From: a virus
Lineage: Duplodnaviria > Caudoviricetes
DNA: 28,043 nt
Reading direction: 5' to 3' (one strand)
Virus record (IMG/VR): IMGVR_UViG_3300044613_001908
Coordinates: 1-28,043 of that record
Shown here: positions 1 to 7,635 of the stretch, piece by piece
How positions within the stretch are numbered: the first letter of the stretch is position 1
How the letters are laid out: every line of letters begins with the position of its first letter
The notes under the pieces: model-generated
The model's input: only the letters and a program-made list of their open reading frames with translations
What the model was told of the DNA's origin: nothing
The model's database searches: none
Position numbers and translations under genes: made by a program

Positions 1-1
1 A

Positions 2-988
2 ATCGCCATTGGGCGCCTCGTCGGGTTTGTTGTTTACTTGTGTCTTCTGCGCTTCGGCGGCGTAGGCAATGAGCTTTCGCATCTTGGCTTTCGCGCTCGC
101 CCTGCCCCCTTGCGCCCCCTGCTCCTGAGCCTTGATGCGCTTGCTCATGGCAATCTGGACGCTTAGGAGGGACTGAGCGCCGACCGAGCCGCACATTTCC
201 AAGAGGATCACCCAGAACAGGGCGAAGGCATCACGGAAGGCGATCCCGTCCCAGCCTGCTACGTACCGATCGGGGAAGCGGAACACTGCCGGCAAGCCGG
301 GATCTCCAACGCTCTCAGCCGTGGCGGTTGTCCTGGCGTTGAGGCGTTCGCCTTCAATCTTGGCGATCTGCTCATCTAGCAAAGCAAGCTTAGTTGAGGC
401 GTCTAGCTCATATTGCGAGATGTTGGCTTCGAAAGCGGACAGATCATCGTTTCCGGCAATCCCGTCGCTTAGAACCAGCCGCATGCTTTCCCGAGCGCCT
501 GCAACCAGGCGGTCACGATCGGCCCGGATTGCGGCTTTCTCCGCGTCGATCCGCGCCAGCCGCGTGTCTGCGCTCTCCACCGTGACCGTCTCGGTCTGCT
601 GGACGGCTGAGGTTTTGCGATAGTGAAAATCATTGCCTTCCGAGACAAAGCCTAGCGCAGCGACGCAACAGGCAATCAAAGCCATGCACCAGATCCCGCG
701 AAGGGTCGCCGTCGCTGAATGCGGGAGCTTCTGAGCTTTCATCCAGACGATCGCAAGGCCCCCGAAGATCACGAATGTTCTAAAGACGATCCCCGCCGCC
801 TGGAAGGTGAGTTCCATGCCTGGAGGGGCAAGCGATCTATAGAACGCCGCATCCCATATATAGAGCGTCGCGCACGCCAAGCCGATCGCGGCCCATAGCG
901 CTGTCAGAGCGACCGTGCTAATAGTGAACGCTGGCGCGTGATCCCTCAGCCATCGGCCCGCCGTGATCAGGTCAGAGCGGAGGGTCAT
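2..988 (-). CDS. Membrane protein: 3 N-terminal TM segments, coiled coil, 4th TM (DUF4407-like topology); 3' end runs off the window
   Basis: Not in the ORF track. My translation from ATG at 988 (ATGA overlap with the upstream stop) stays open for 329 codons: MTLRSDLITAGRWLRDHAPAFTISTVALTALWAAIGLACATLYIW...DTRLARIDAEKAAIRADRDRL...AFALFWVILLEMCGSVG...NNKPDEAPNGD. Confidence 0.85.
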   Translation of the reverse strand, partial: MTLRSDLITAGRWLRDHAPAFTISTVALTALWAAIGLACATLYIWDAAFYRSLAPPGMELTFQAAGIVFRTFVIFGGLAIVWMKAQKLPHSATATLRGIWCMALIACCVAALGFVSEGNDFHYRKTSAVQQTETVTVESADTRLARIDAEKAAIRADRDRLVAGARESMRLVLSDGIAGNDDLSAFEANISQYELDASTKLALLDEQIAKIEGERLNARTTATAESVGDPGLPAVFRFPDRYVAGWDGIAFRDAFALFWVILLEMCGSVGAQSLLSVQIAMSKRIKAQEQGAQGGRASAKAKMRKLIAYAAEAQKTQVNNKPDEAPNGD

Positions 989-1344
989 AGTTTCAACATC
1001 CAGCTAAACAGCTCGGGCGATTTGACCGCAACCGCGCCAAGCGCCACGCCGCCGGCCAGAAGCATTTGCGGCGGCAGACGGCCTAAGGCGCTTTGCCGGG
1101 GAAGCGGCTGGCCGGATTGATCCGCAACAACCTGGCTGAGCTGTCTGACCGCCCGCTCCACGTCGGCCACGGACATCTGAAGCGCCCTGTGACGGTCCAT
1201 CCCTTGCACATGCTCGTTTGACATTGCGGTCGCCAAGTGCGTCAGGTCTCCTCGATCGGCCTTATGCGCCAGCTCAAGGCGTAATAGATCGAGGTCGCGA
1301 AGCGTGGCTTTCTGCGCCAGTTCCAGCCGAACGATGTCATCCAC
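985..1344 (-). CDS. Coiled-coil protein with C-terminal hydrophobic anchor (possible holin or lysis accessory)
   Basis: GTG start after a G-rich RBS. Internal repeat RLELAQKA/RLELAHKA, heptad pattern, hydrophobic tail MLLAGGVALGAVAV. Coupled to the next gene. Function inferred from position only. Confidence 0.65.
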   Translation of the reverse strand: MDDIVRLELAQKATLRDLDLLRLELAHKADRGDLTHLATAMSNEHVQGMDRHRALQMSVADVERAVRQLSQVVADQSGQPLPRQSALGRLPPQMLLAGGVALGAVAVKSPELFSWMLKL

Positions 1345-1368
1345 GCCTAACCCCTACCCCGCCCCCGC

Positions 1369-1794
1369 TTAGGAGGAGAACCACTGCTGCGCGACCTGGC
1401 CCTCAAGCGTGGTCAACATAGCCCGCTCGGCGTCCGTCATATCCAGCCGTCCGACAGCCATAGACCGGAGACGTGTTAGATCTGTGAGCAAGCGCAATTT
1501 CAAATCCGCCAGGCTCTCGTCTGGGAACGCTAGGGCGGCAAGGTCAGCGGGCATAAGCGGAGCGGCGGGGGGCACAAAATTGTAACTCGGCACTTGGGGC
1601 GGAATATAAATACTTCCGTTCCAAATCTCGATCGCCCGCGCTACTGTAACCCTTCCCCCTACTGCTTCAGAAGCGTCAACAAAAACTGCTAAGTTGTTGT
1701 CAATTTGCAACCCCGCACGTTCCGCGCCGTTGTGATTGCGGTACAAAATTTCCAACACTTGCAACTCAAACGAATCTGTAATTTCTTGAGGCAC
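1369..1794 (-). CDS. Hypothetical protein downstream of tailspike (possible assembly chaperone)
   Basis: 141 aa, GTG start with AGGGGGGA RBS, 13 bp after the tailspike stop. Confidence 0.7.
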   Translation of the reverse strand: MPQEITDSFELQVLEILYRNHNGAERAGLQIDNNLAVFVDASEAVGGRVTVARAIEIWNGSIYIPPQVPSYNFVPPAAPLMPADLAALAFPDESLADLKLRLLTDLTRLRSMAVGRLDMTDAERAMLTTLEGQVAQQWFSS

Positions 1795-1807
1795 GTTCCC
1801 CCCCTTG

Positions 1808-4195
1808 TTACGTCGCTATTGATGGTGTTGATGCGCGCATCCTTGCCAAAATCGTCTCTACTTTGGCTTCAAGTTCCACGCAAAAATCTAGCAATTCCGT
1901 GACAGTTGGCGTGGCGGCGTTTGCAATTGTCACGCTGCCGTCTGGCGTTGGCAAAGATCCAGTTGTCGCCGTGACTGTTAAATCGGCTATCGCCGCTCCT
2001 TGGCCGACTAACAAATCAACGCCGTTAATGGAGTATTTCCATCCACTAGCGAGATCAAAGCGAGAATTTGCTAAGACAAACTGCGCCCTGTACGCGCCGC
2101 CAGTATCGTCAAAAAACCCTAAATTTCCACTCGTATCTCGAACAAAAATGCCCCAGCGATTGAAATTGTTGTCAATCCGCGCGCCAACATTGCCAGTCCC
2201 GTCAATATGCAAACGTGCGGCCGGGGCGCCAGATGTGCCGATGCCGAGGGCTGCTGAAAGTCTGTTCCCAATCGATGTTTGAGCGCCCACTATCACTGTT
2301 GTCGTGCCGAATGTTCCGTTAGTCGGCGCGACGTTATTGCCTACCAAGTCAACGCCGATTAGTTGCACATCAGTTGAAGCGCTCCACACAATTCCATATT
2401 GTTGTTTAACAGACGATGTTGATTTAAACAGTCCACCGACGACGCGGGCGCCTGCGGTTGCCTCCAAACCGCAACGCGATGTTGCGGTAAGGCCAGTATC
2501 TAACCCATTGTCAACGTAATTGCCGCCCAGCACATGCACTCTCGCTGCGGAAACAATTCCTTGGTGTGAATTGTTGAAAGCCGAGCAGCATTCAATTTGC
2601 ACAGTCCCCGAGTTAGTGGCTGTGATGTTTATGCCAGCCCCATCGTTTGTCGCTGGGGTTGTCAATGTGCGGCCAGTCGATGAGCGACCGGCTAACTCAA
2701 ATTGACAATCGTTGATCGAGTGTTCACTGCCGCTGAACGTATCCAATGTCAGCAAATCGCCGTTATCCTCGCCGAAAAAACAAAGGTCGAGTCTTACGCC
2801 ATTAACTGAGCTGTTCGCGTCTCCAAGAACCAACATGCCGAGCGTGTTGGCAAACGTCTTAAGTTGGTGGATTTCGCCCACCGTTATGCTGCCTGAGTAT
2901 GTCCGACCGTCTATGAAAAACGATCGACCATCGTTTTTTTGCGACAGAAAGTGCATGTGTTGCCATTGCAGCAAGCCGCTGGTGCTTGACGCAATTTGCA
3001 ATGCGCCATGGCTGTAATTGTTTTGGCTGATTAGTTCGCTCGACAAACCATACGCACACGGGCCAAACACGAACCCCTCATACTGATTTTGAGCCAAAAT
3101 ACGCATGGCCGTGCAATGCTCAACACCGTTTCCTGTACGCGAAAACTCAACGCCAGAAGCCGTTGTATTAGTGGCTGCTACGGAACGAGTAACCTGGAAA
3201 TCTCTCAGGGTTGTGCCCAGCGCGCCAGCCGGAACTAAGATAATGCCGTTTGTTGCTGAATTACTGGTGAGAATGGTGGAGTATATTCCATCGCCAAAAA
3301 ACTCAACGCCGCTAGGGACGGTAATTTGTGAGCTTAAAAGATACGTTCCAGCGGGCGCATAAACAGCTTCTTTTGATGCTGTCACCGCCGTTAGCGCCGC
3401 CGCAAAAGCCGTTACACAATTAACCGCGCCCGTGGGGTCAGCGCCCCACCAAGTTACGTTTACCGCCCCGTCATACTGCCGCTTCCACCGCCGCCCAGCC
3501 GCGTCGACGATTACCGTGCCGCCATTATCCGCCGTGGTCGTGTCCGTGCTGTCGTAACGAAACGCCCCGCCGCCATCGCCCGCGACGTAGTTGTAAAGCA
3601 GGAAGAGTTGAGTTGCCGCCGTTGCTGTAGTCAGGAGACGCAGGGCGGCGATGCTCTCAACGGTGTAATTTGGAGGCGTTGCGGCGGCGTCTACGTTCCG
3701 GTAAATCGCCACCACCACTAAATCGCCCGCCGCTAGGCCGCTTGTAAATGTGATTGTGGTGTTATTCGTCTCCACATAATCCAGCCCGGCGCCCTGCTCC
3801 ACCCGCAGGCCGTTCACATAAACCGTCAGGGCTGACGCGCCGACCGTGTAGGTTATGGGCAGGGTGAAAGCCGTCTGTCCCGCCGTGGCAATCGTGCGGT
3901 GAACGTACTGGAAGACCTCGCCGCCCTCGCCCGCGATCGGGTCGCGATCCGCTATCAGAATGTCCGAGGCGTCCTTCAGCTGCATCCGGTAAGTAATGTC
4001 CGGGTCCAGGTAGATCGGGGGGAAACGGCCCGCGCTGTCCGCAATGACCGGGTTTGTGTTGGCGACCGTCCTGCCCACCGTCGTGTAAGTGTTGACCAGC
4101 GTGGTTGTGCCGGTCAGGTAGAAGTAGGCCTTTGCCCCGGATATCGGCGCTCCGACCGAATCCACGATATTGAAGATCGGGTCGTTCAGGTACAT
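1808..4195 (-). CDS. Tailspike / receptor-binding protein with N-terminal virion anchor and beta-helix (pectate-lyase-like) domain
   Basis: N-terminus GAPISGAKAYFYLTGTTT..NTNPVIADSAGRFPPIYLD is a podovirus anchor type. It is followed by an ATAGQTAF..VYVNG..DYVE module, GDGGGAFRYD..DNGGTVIV..GRRWKR, and VNVTWWGADPTG..VYAPAGTYLLS at the start of the beta-helix. Confidence 0.9.
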   Translation of the reverse strand: MYLNDPIFNIVDSVGAPISGAKAYFYLTGTTTLVNTYTTVGRTVANTNPVIADSAGRFPPIYLDPDITYRMQLKDASDILIADRDPIAGEGGEVFQYVHRTIATAGQTAFTLPITYTVGASALTVYVNGLRVEQGAGLDYVETNNTTITFTSGLAAGDLVVVAIYRNVDAAATPPNYTVESIAALRLLTTATAATQLFLLYNYVAGDGGGAFRYDSTDTTTADNGGTVIVDAAGRRWKRQYDGAVNVTWWGADPTGAVNCVTAFAAALTAVTASKEAVYAPAGTYLLSSQITVPSGVEFFGDGIYSTILTSNSATNGIILVPAGALGTTLRDFQVTRSVAATNTTASGVEFSRTGNGVEHCTAMRILAQNQYEGFVFGPCAYGLSSELISQNNYSHGALQIASSTSGLLQWQHMHFLSQKNDGRSFFIDGRTYSGSITVGEIHQLKTFANTLGMLVLGDANSSVNGVRLDLCFFGEDNGDLLTLDTFSGSEHSINDCQFELAGRSSTGRTLTTPATNDGAGINITATNSGTVQIECCSAFNNSHQGIVSAARVHVLGGNYVDNGLDTGLTATSRCGLEATAGARVVGGLFKSTSSVKQQYGIVWSASTDVQLIGVDLVGNNVAPTNGTFGTTTVIVGAQTSIGNRLSAALGIGTSGAPAARLHIDGTGNVGARIDNNFNRWGIFVRDTSGNLGFFDDTGGAYRAQFVLANSRFDLASGWKYSINGVDLLVGQGAAIADLTVTATTGSLPTPDGSVTIANAATPTVTELLDFCVELEAKVETILARMRASTPSIAT

Positions 4196-4224
4196 AGCGC
4201 CCTCTGATTTGTCCGCCTGTGCGT

Positions 4225-4254
4225 GCTTTACCCTATTGTCAGCAAGGGGACAAT
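4225..4254 (-). promoter_or_regulatory. Candidate promoter for the tailspike gene with overlapping dyad ATTGTC-N8-GACAAT
   Basis: Minus strand TTGTCC-N17-TAAAGC, 30 bp upstream of the ATG at 4195. Inverted repeat at 4235-4240 and 4249-4254. The -10 match is weak. Confidence 0.35.
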
Positions 4255-4291
4255 GTGCAAGGTTCCTTCATCGGGGCTTTCCAAGCCTCTT

Positions 4292-4640
4292 GATCACGCC
4301 AGATCACGCCTTGTTCACAAGGTCGTGACATGCTTATTTATTAGGCTAAATTAGAGCTCATGCACAAGGATTGACCAGCGGTAACGCCGCCGTGATCTTT
4401 GTATCAAAACACCGAAAACCCTAGCATTATCAGAGCGTTACGCGGGTCCGTCTAGTTACTGGACGGAAGGCAAATAAGGCGAGATTGTGGCGAGATTGTG
4501 GCGGTAATATGTCCTCGCGAAGTGTTGATATAGGCCCCTTGATATCATTGGTAATAATAGGGCGCTGTAACATTACAATCAGCGAGATTTAAGCTCTATT
4601 TTCAGCGATATTTAGAGCATATCCGCAAGAATAGGGCGCT
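4292..4640. repeat. Short direct-repeat cluster in AT-rich intergenic region
   Basis: GATCACGCC x2 (4292, 4302); GGCGAGATTGT x2 plus GGCG (4478-4503); TCAGCGA(G/T)ATTTA x2 (4579, 4602); AATAGGGCGCT x2 (4556, 4630). Confidence 0.8.
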
Positions 4641-4681
4641 TTGAGGCGCAAGGCTTTGAAAGCGTTAGGCTTTTGGCGTTA

Positions 4682-4710
4682 TTGCTTTGTTAATCATGTC
4701 GCCGTATATA
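4682..4710 (+). promoter_or_regulatory. sigma70-type promoter for the plus-strand membrane-protein gene
   Basis: TTGCTT-N17-TATATA, followed by a hairpin at 4720-4753 and a GGAG RBS at 4766-4769. Confidence 0.6.
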
Positions 4711-4776
4711 TTGGACATCGGCGGCAAGGAGGTCTGACCACCTCCCCGCCGCCTCACCGCGAAATGGAGCTTCGCA

Positions 4777-5379
4777 ATGTCCTATAGCTATACCACGACT
4801 TCGGGCGCCGACAATAACGCCGCTCAGACTGCCTGCTACACGCTTACTGGCCTGGCGATCACGCTTTCCGCTATGGCCTTCTGGGACAAAGGCTTTGTGC
4901 CCGCCGTCCTTATGACCGCCGCCTTCGCGGCTGTTAGCTTCCTCCTCGCCGGATCGGTCATCCGCTTCGCTGAGGCGCTCGCCAAGGGTCACACGATCAC
5001 GGCGGGCCTGGTCGTTCTCATGGCGAGCGTCTGTCTCTGCCTTGAGGCGGGCCTCACTCACTACGGCCTTGCCCACCTGAACGCTCAATACTCTATCGCC
5101 CCGGACTGGTCGCTCTGGCCTGCCAGCTTCGGCCTCTCAATCTTCAACGTCTTCAGTCAGTACACCTTCGCCCGCGAACTCAAGGCCCCTCGGCCCCGGA
5201 TCGTTCCGCCCGTCACCCCGGCTGAATATGCTGAGCAGGCTGGTGACTATGTGGTCCACGATGATCGCATGACGGCCTGGGAACGCCGCATGTCTAAAGA
5301 TCCTGAGCGGGTCAAGGCGGCAGATCCCAAGACCGCCGCTATCCTCGCGGAGATCGGCAAGAAGGTGAACGCCGGTTAA
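4777..5379 (+). CDS. Four-TM membrane protein with hydrophilic C-terminal tail (moron-like accessory gene)
   Basis: 200 aa with GGAG RBS, about four hydrophobic segments, GC3-rich codons, its own promoter and terminator, and opposite orientation to the late operon. Confidence 0.85.
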   Translation: MSYSYTTTSGADNNAAQTACYTLTGLAITLSAMAFWDKGFVPAVLMTAAFAAVSFLLAGSVIRFAEALAKGHTITAGLVVLMASVCLCLEAGLTHYGLAHLNAQYSIAPDWSLWPASFGLSIFNVFSQYTFARELKAPRPRIVPPVTPAEYAEQAGDYVVHDDRMTAWERRMSKDPERVKAADPKTAAILAEIGKKVNAG

Positions 5380-5396
5380 TTAGCCTCTCCCACCCA

Positions 5397-7634
5397 CTAG
5401 CCCCTCGGCCTCTGGCCGGGGGGTTTTTTTTGGTCTCGCGGCATCATTGCAGCGCCCGCGCCAACCGCTCCAACGCCTGCAAGGATGTTGGCGCTTTCCT
5501 TGGAAGCGGGGTCAAAGGCGGCGTTGACGGAGCGGATGTTAGAAGGGTCCAATATAACAAAGACATTTTGACGGGAAAACTCTCCTGGCTCTTTTTCAAT
5601 CTGAATTGCATCATATCGGTTTTCAATCAGCCAATTTCGAAGCCCTTCAGGATTGGCAAGAGCATTAGCAGTTCCTTTGAACTCAGGGTCGGAAAACGCA
5701 GAATTCTCAAGTAGTCCTTCCCAAGTCGTTTTGAAGATGCGCCTTGCGCGGGTAACAAGTGGGTAAATTGCGCCTTCACTGCCCGTATACATACCGGCAC
5801 CGCCCTCGCCGGGCGTATCCGAAACCCAAGTTCCCAAAATATCAATGTTTGGCTTTCGGCCTTTAGTATTTTTGGTTGTCCACAACCGATCAAATTCTTT
5901 AATGTCGCCCATTTCGCTTGCGAGAAATCGCGGCGTTCCATGATACAGCACGCGTTCTGTATTAAACCCCATCTCCTGCGCCCGCTGCATCCGCGCCGGT
6001 TGGCTCATGTCCAAGCCTTTAGAGCGGGCTGAGACCCACTCCTGAGCTTCGCCTATGTCTGCTCCCTCATAGCCTTGCGCTTGCGCTTTCTGAATAGGCT
6101 TAGGAAGGTTGCCCAGGTTGCTACCCATGCGCGTCCTGTCGATCGCGGCGCGGCTTGCCAGCCGTCCGCCTATGGCTCCGCCTGCTGCACCTAGCAGGGC
6201 GTTCCGCGCGCGTTCCTCTGGCGTCTCGCCTTGAGTGCCGCCTAGAGCGCCGCCGACGAAGGCGCCGCCCAATTCCGGAGGTGTGGCGAGGATGTTGGCG
6301 CTTTCCTTGGAAGCGGGGTCAAAGGCGGCGTTTATGCTGCGGATGTTGGAAGGGTCAAATAGAGCGTAAACCGTGCGAGGAGCGTTCTTGGTTTCCAGCG
6401 CCGCCTCAGCGTCTCCCCAGTCCCGAACGTTTTTCATTATCACGCCATCAGCGCCTTGCGCCTGCGCCCGGTTTAAAGCATCGCCCCAAACTTCAGACCA
6501 GTTCTTGCCTTTAGCGTCAACAACTAGCGGCTGTTGCATCCGCAGCTTAACCGGCATGACGTTACCGCCTTCCTGATAGCGGCTTGCCATTTCTTCCGCT
6601 GTCCGTGGCACGCCCATGATCGTGCTTTCGCCCTTGGCTTTAGCCTCCATCAACTGAGGCGTCAGGCGGCGGTCTTTGTAAGAGGCGTATGAGGCGGCAA
6701 GGTCAGGTTTATCCGCAAAGAAGATTGCGCCTTCCTGGCCCGCGCTAAATCTCATGGGAGGATTTTCTGAGAACTGCGCCACATCTTCGGCTGTGCCGTG
6801 ATAAGCGTTGATCGTGAAGCCTTGCTCTTTTGCGCGCTGAGTTCTTGCGCGCTGCGACATGTCCAAGCCCTTAGACCGCGCCGCAACCCATTCCTTTGCC
6901 TCGCCTATGTCCTGGCCTTCATACCCCGCCGCCTGAGCCTTCTGGACGGGCTTGGGGATGCGCTTGGCTGAAAACGCATCGGTCTCATCCATGATTGATC
7001 GCTTCGTTTTCGCCTTCGCAGGCGCAACTGGCGCGGCCTCTGGAGCCAGTTGGTTCAGTATTGGCCCACGGCTTGCCGGAGGCGCCAGAACATTCGGCTG
7101 GCCAATCGGCGGAGGGCGGCGGACAGGAGCGGGAGGCATAGACCGTGCGCCTTTAACCGCCGCACCGCCAGGAACAAAGGACAGGCCCGCAAGGCCCATC
7201 TCTGTCACGCCTGCGGCCACATCGCCAAGATTGCCTTGCTCCGCCCCGAGCCTAGTCGTCGTCAGCCCGCGCGCCATAGCGTAAGCGGGGTCAAGCGCCT
7301 GTTGCGCCTGGTTCGCCGCGCGAAGCGGATCTGTGACCGCCGTTACGGGAAATTGCGCCACGGGCTCAACCATAGAGCGCACCGCGCCGCCTATCTCAGG
7401 CGCCCGGCCTTGAGCGAGGAAGTTGCCGGCATAGTCCACCCCTCGCGTGATTGCCTGCCGTACCTGTCCCACCCGATCGGGCGAGGGTTGGCGGCTGACC
7501 ACCTGGCCAAGCTTGGCAGGCATGCCGATCTGCGGCTTACGTTGTGGCGCGCTAGCCGCCGCCTTGCGCGCCGCCTCCCGTCGCGCCCGCTCTGCAAGCA
7601 ATCTTTGAGCGTATGCGTCGGGAGCCTGCGCCAT
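5397..7634 (-). CDS. Probable ejected polyvalent protein with two tandem ADP-ribosyltransferase-fold (ART-PolyVal-like) modules
   Basis: Two copies of GLDMSQxARxQRAxExGF..YHGT..G(AIFF/TWVS)..G(NVMPV/AIYPL)..D(GV/AI)..(F/L)DPSNIRS(I/V)NAAFDP. Last gene of the ejection-protein cluster, with Gly-zipper segments. Confidence 0.8.
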   Translation of the reverse strand: MAQAPDAYAQRLLAERARREAARKAAASAPQRKPQIGMPAKLGQVVSRQPSPDRVGQVRQAITRGVDYAGNFLAQGRAPEIGGAVRSMVEPVAQFPVTAVTDPLRAANQAQQALDPAYAMARGLTTTRLGAEQGNLGDVAAGVTEMGLAGLSFVPGGAAVKGARSMPPAPVRRPPPIGQPNVLAPPASRGPILNQLAPEAAPVAPAKAKTKRSIMDETDAFSAKRIPKPVQKAQAAGYEGQDIGEAKEWVAARSKGLDMSQRARTQRAKEQGFTINAYHGTAEDVAQFSENPPMRFSAGQEGAIFFADKPDLAASYASYKDRRLTPQLMEAKAKGESTIMGVPRTAEEMASRYQEGGNVMPVKLRMQQPLVVDAKGKNWSEVWGDALNRAQAQGADGVIMKNVRDWGDAEAALETKNAPRTVYALFDPSNIRSINAAFDPASKESANILATPPELGGAFVGGALGGTQGETPEERARNALLGAAGGAIGGRLASRAAIDRTRMGSNLGNLPKPIQKAQAQGYEGADIGEAQEWVSARSKGLDMSQPARMQRAQEMGFNTERVLYHGTPRFLASEMGDIKEFDRLWTTKNTKGRKPNIDILGTWVSDTPGEGGAGMYTGSEGAIYPLVTRARRIFKTTWEGLLENSAFSDPEFKGTANALANPEGLRNWLIENRYDAIQIEKEPGEFSRQNVFVILDPSNIRSVNAAFDPASKESANILAGVGAVGAGAAMMPRDQKKPPGQRPRG
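5401..5431 (+). terminator. Rho-independent terminator
   Basis: CCCCTCGGCC-TCT-GGCCGGGGGG stem (one G-U pair) followed by T8, 21 bp after the stop at 5379. Confidence 0.85.
5478..6956 (-). repeat. Intragenic duplication (6285-6956 and 5478-6104) containing a 44-bp identical repeat
   Basis: AGGATGTTGGCGCTTTCCTTGGAAGCGGGGTCAAAGGCGGCGTT occurs at 5482-5525 and 6289-6332 (offset 807). Confidence 0.95.
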
Positions 7635-7635
7635 A

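Noticed and set aside
321-623. Plus-strand ORFs at the left end
   Set aside because: They are antisense to the minus-strand ORF 2-988 that the track missed.
4430-4592. Short ORFs (27-47 aa) in the intergenic island
   Set aside because: No RBS or coupling to neighbours, and the sequence is dominated by repeats.
4292-4640. Possible CRISPR or mini-array
   Set aside because: Repeats are 9-13 bp, tandem or irregular, with no constant-length spacers.
4690-5088. 132-aa minus-strand ORF
   Set aside because: Antisense to the 4777-5379 gene, which has a promoter, RBS and terminator.
5482-6332. Diversity-generating retroelement TR/VR pair
   Set aside because: Both copies are coding, the differences are not adenine-specific, and there is no reverse transcriptase in the window.
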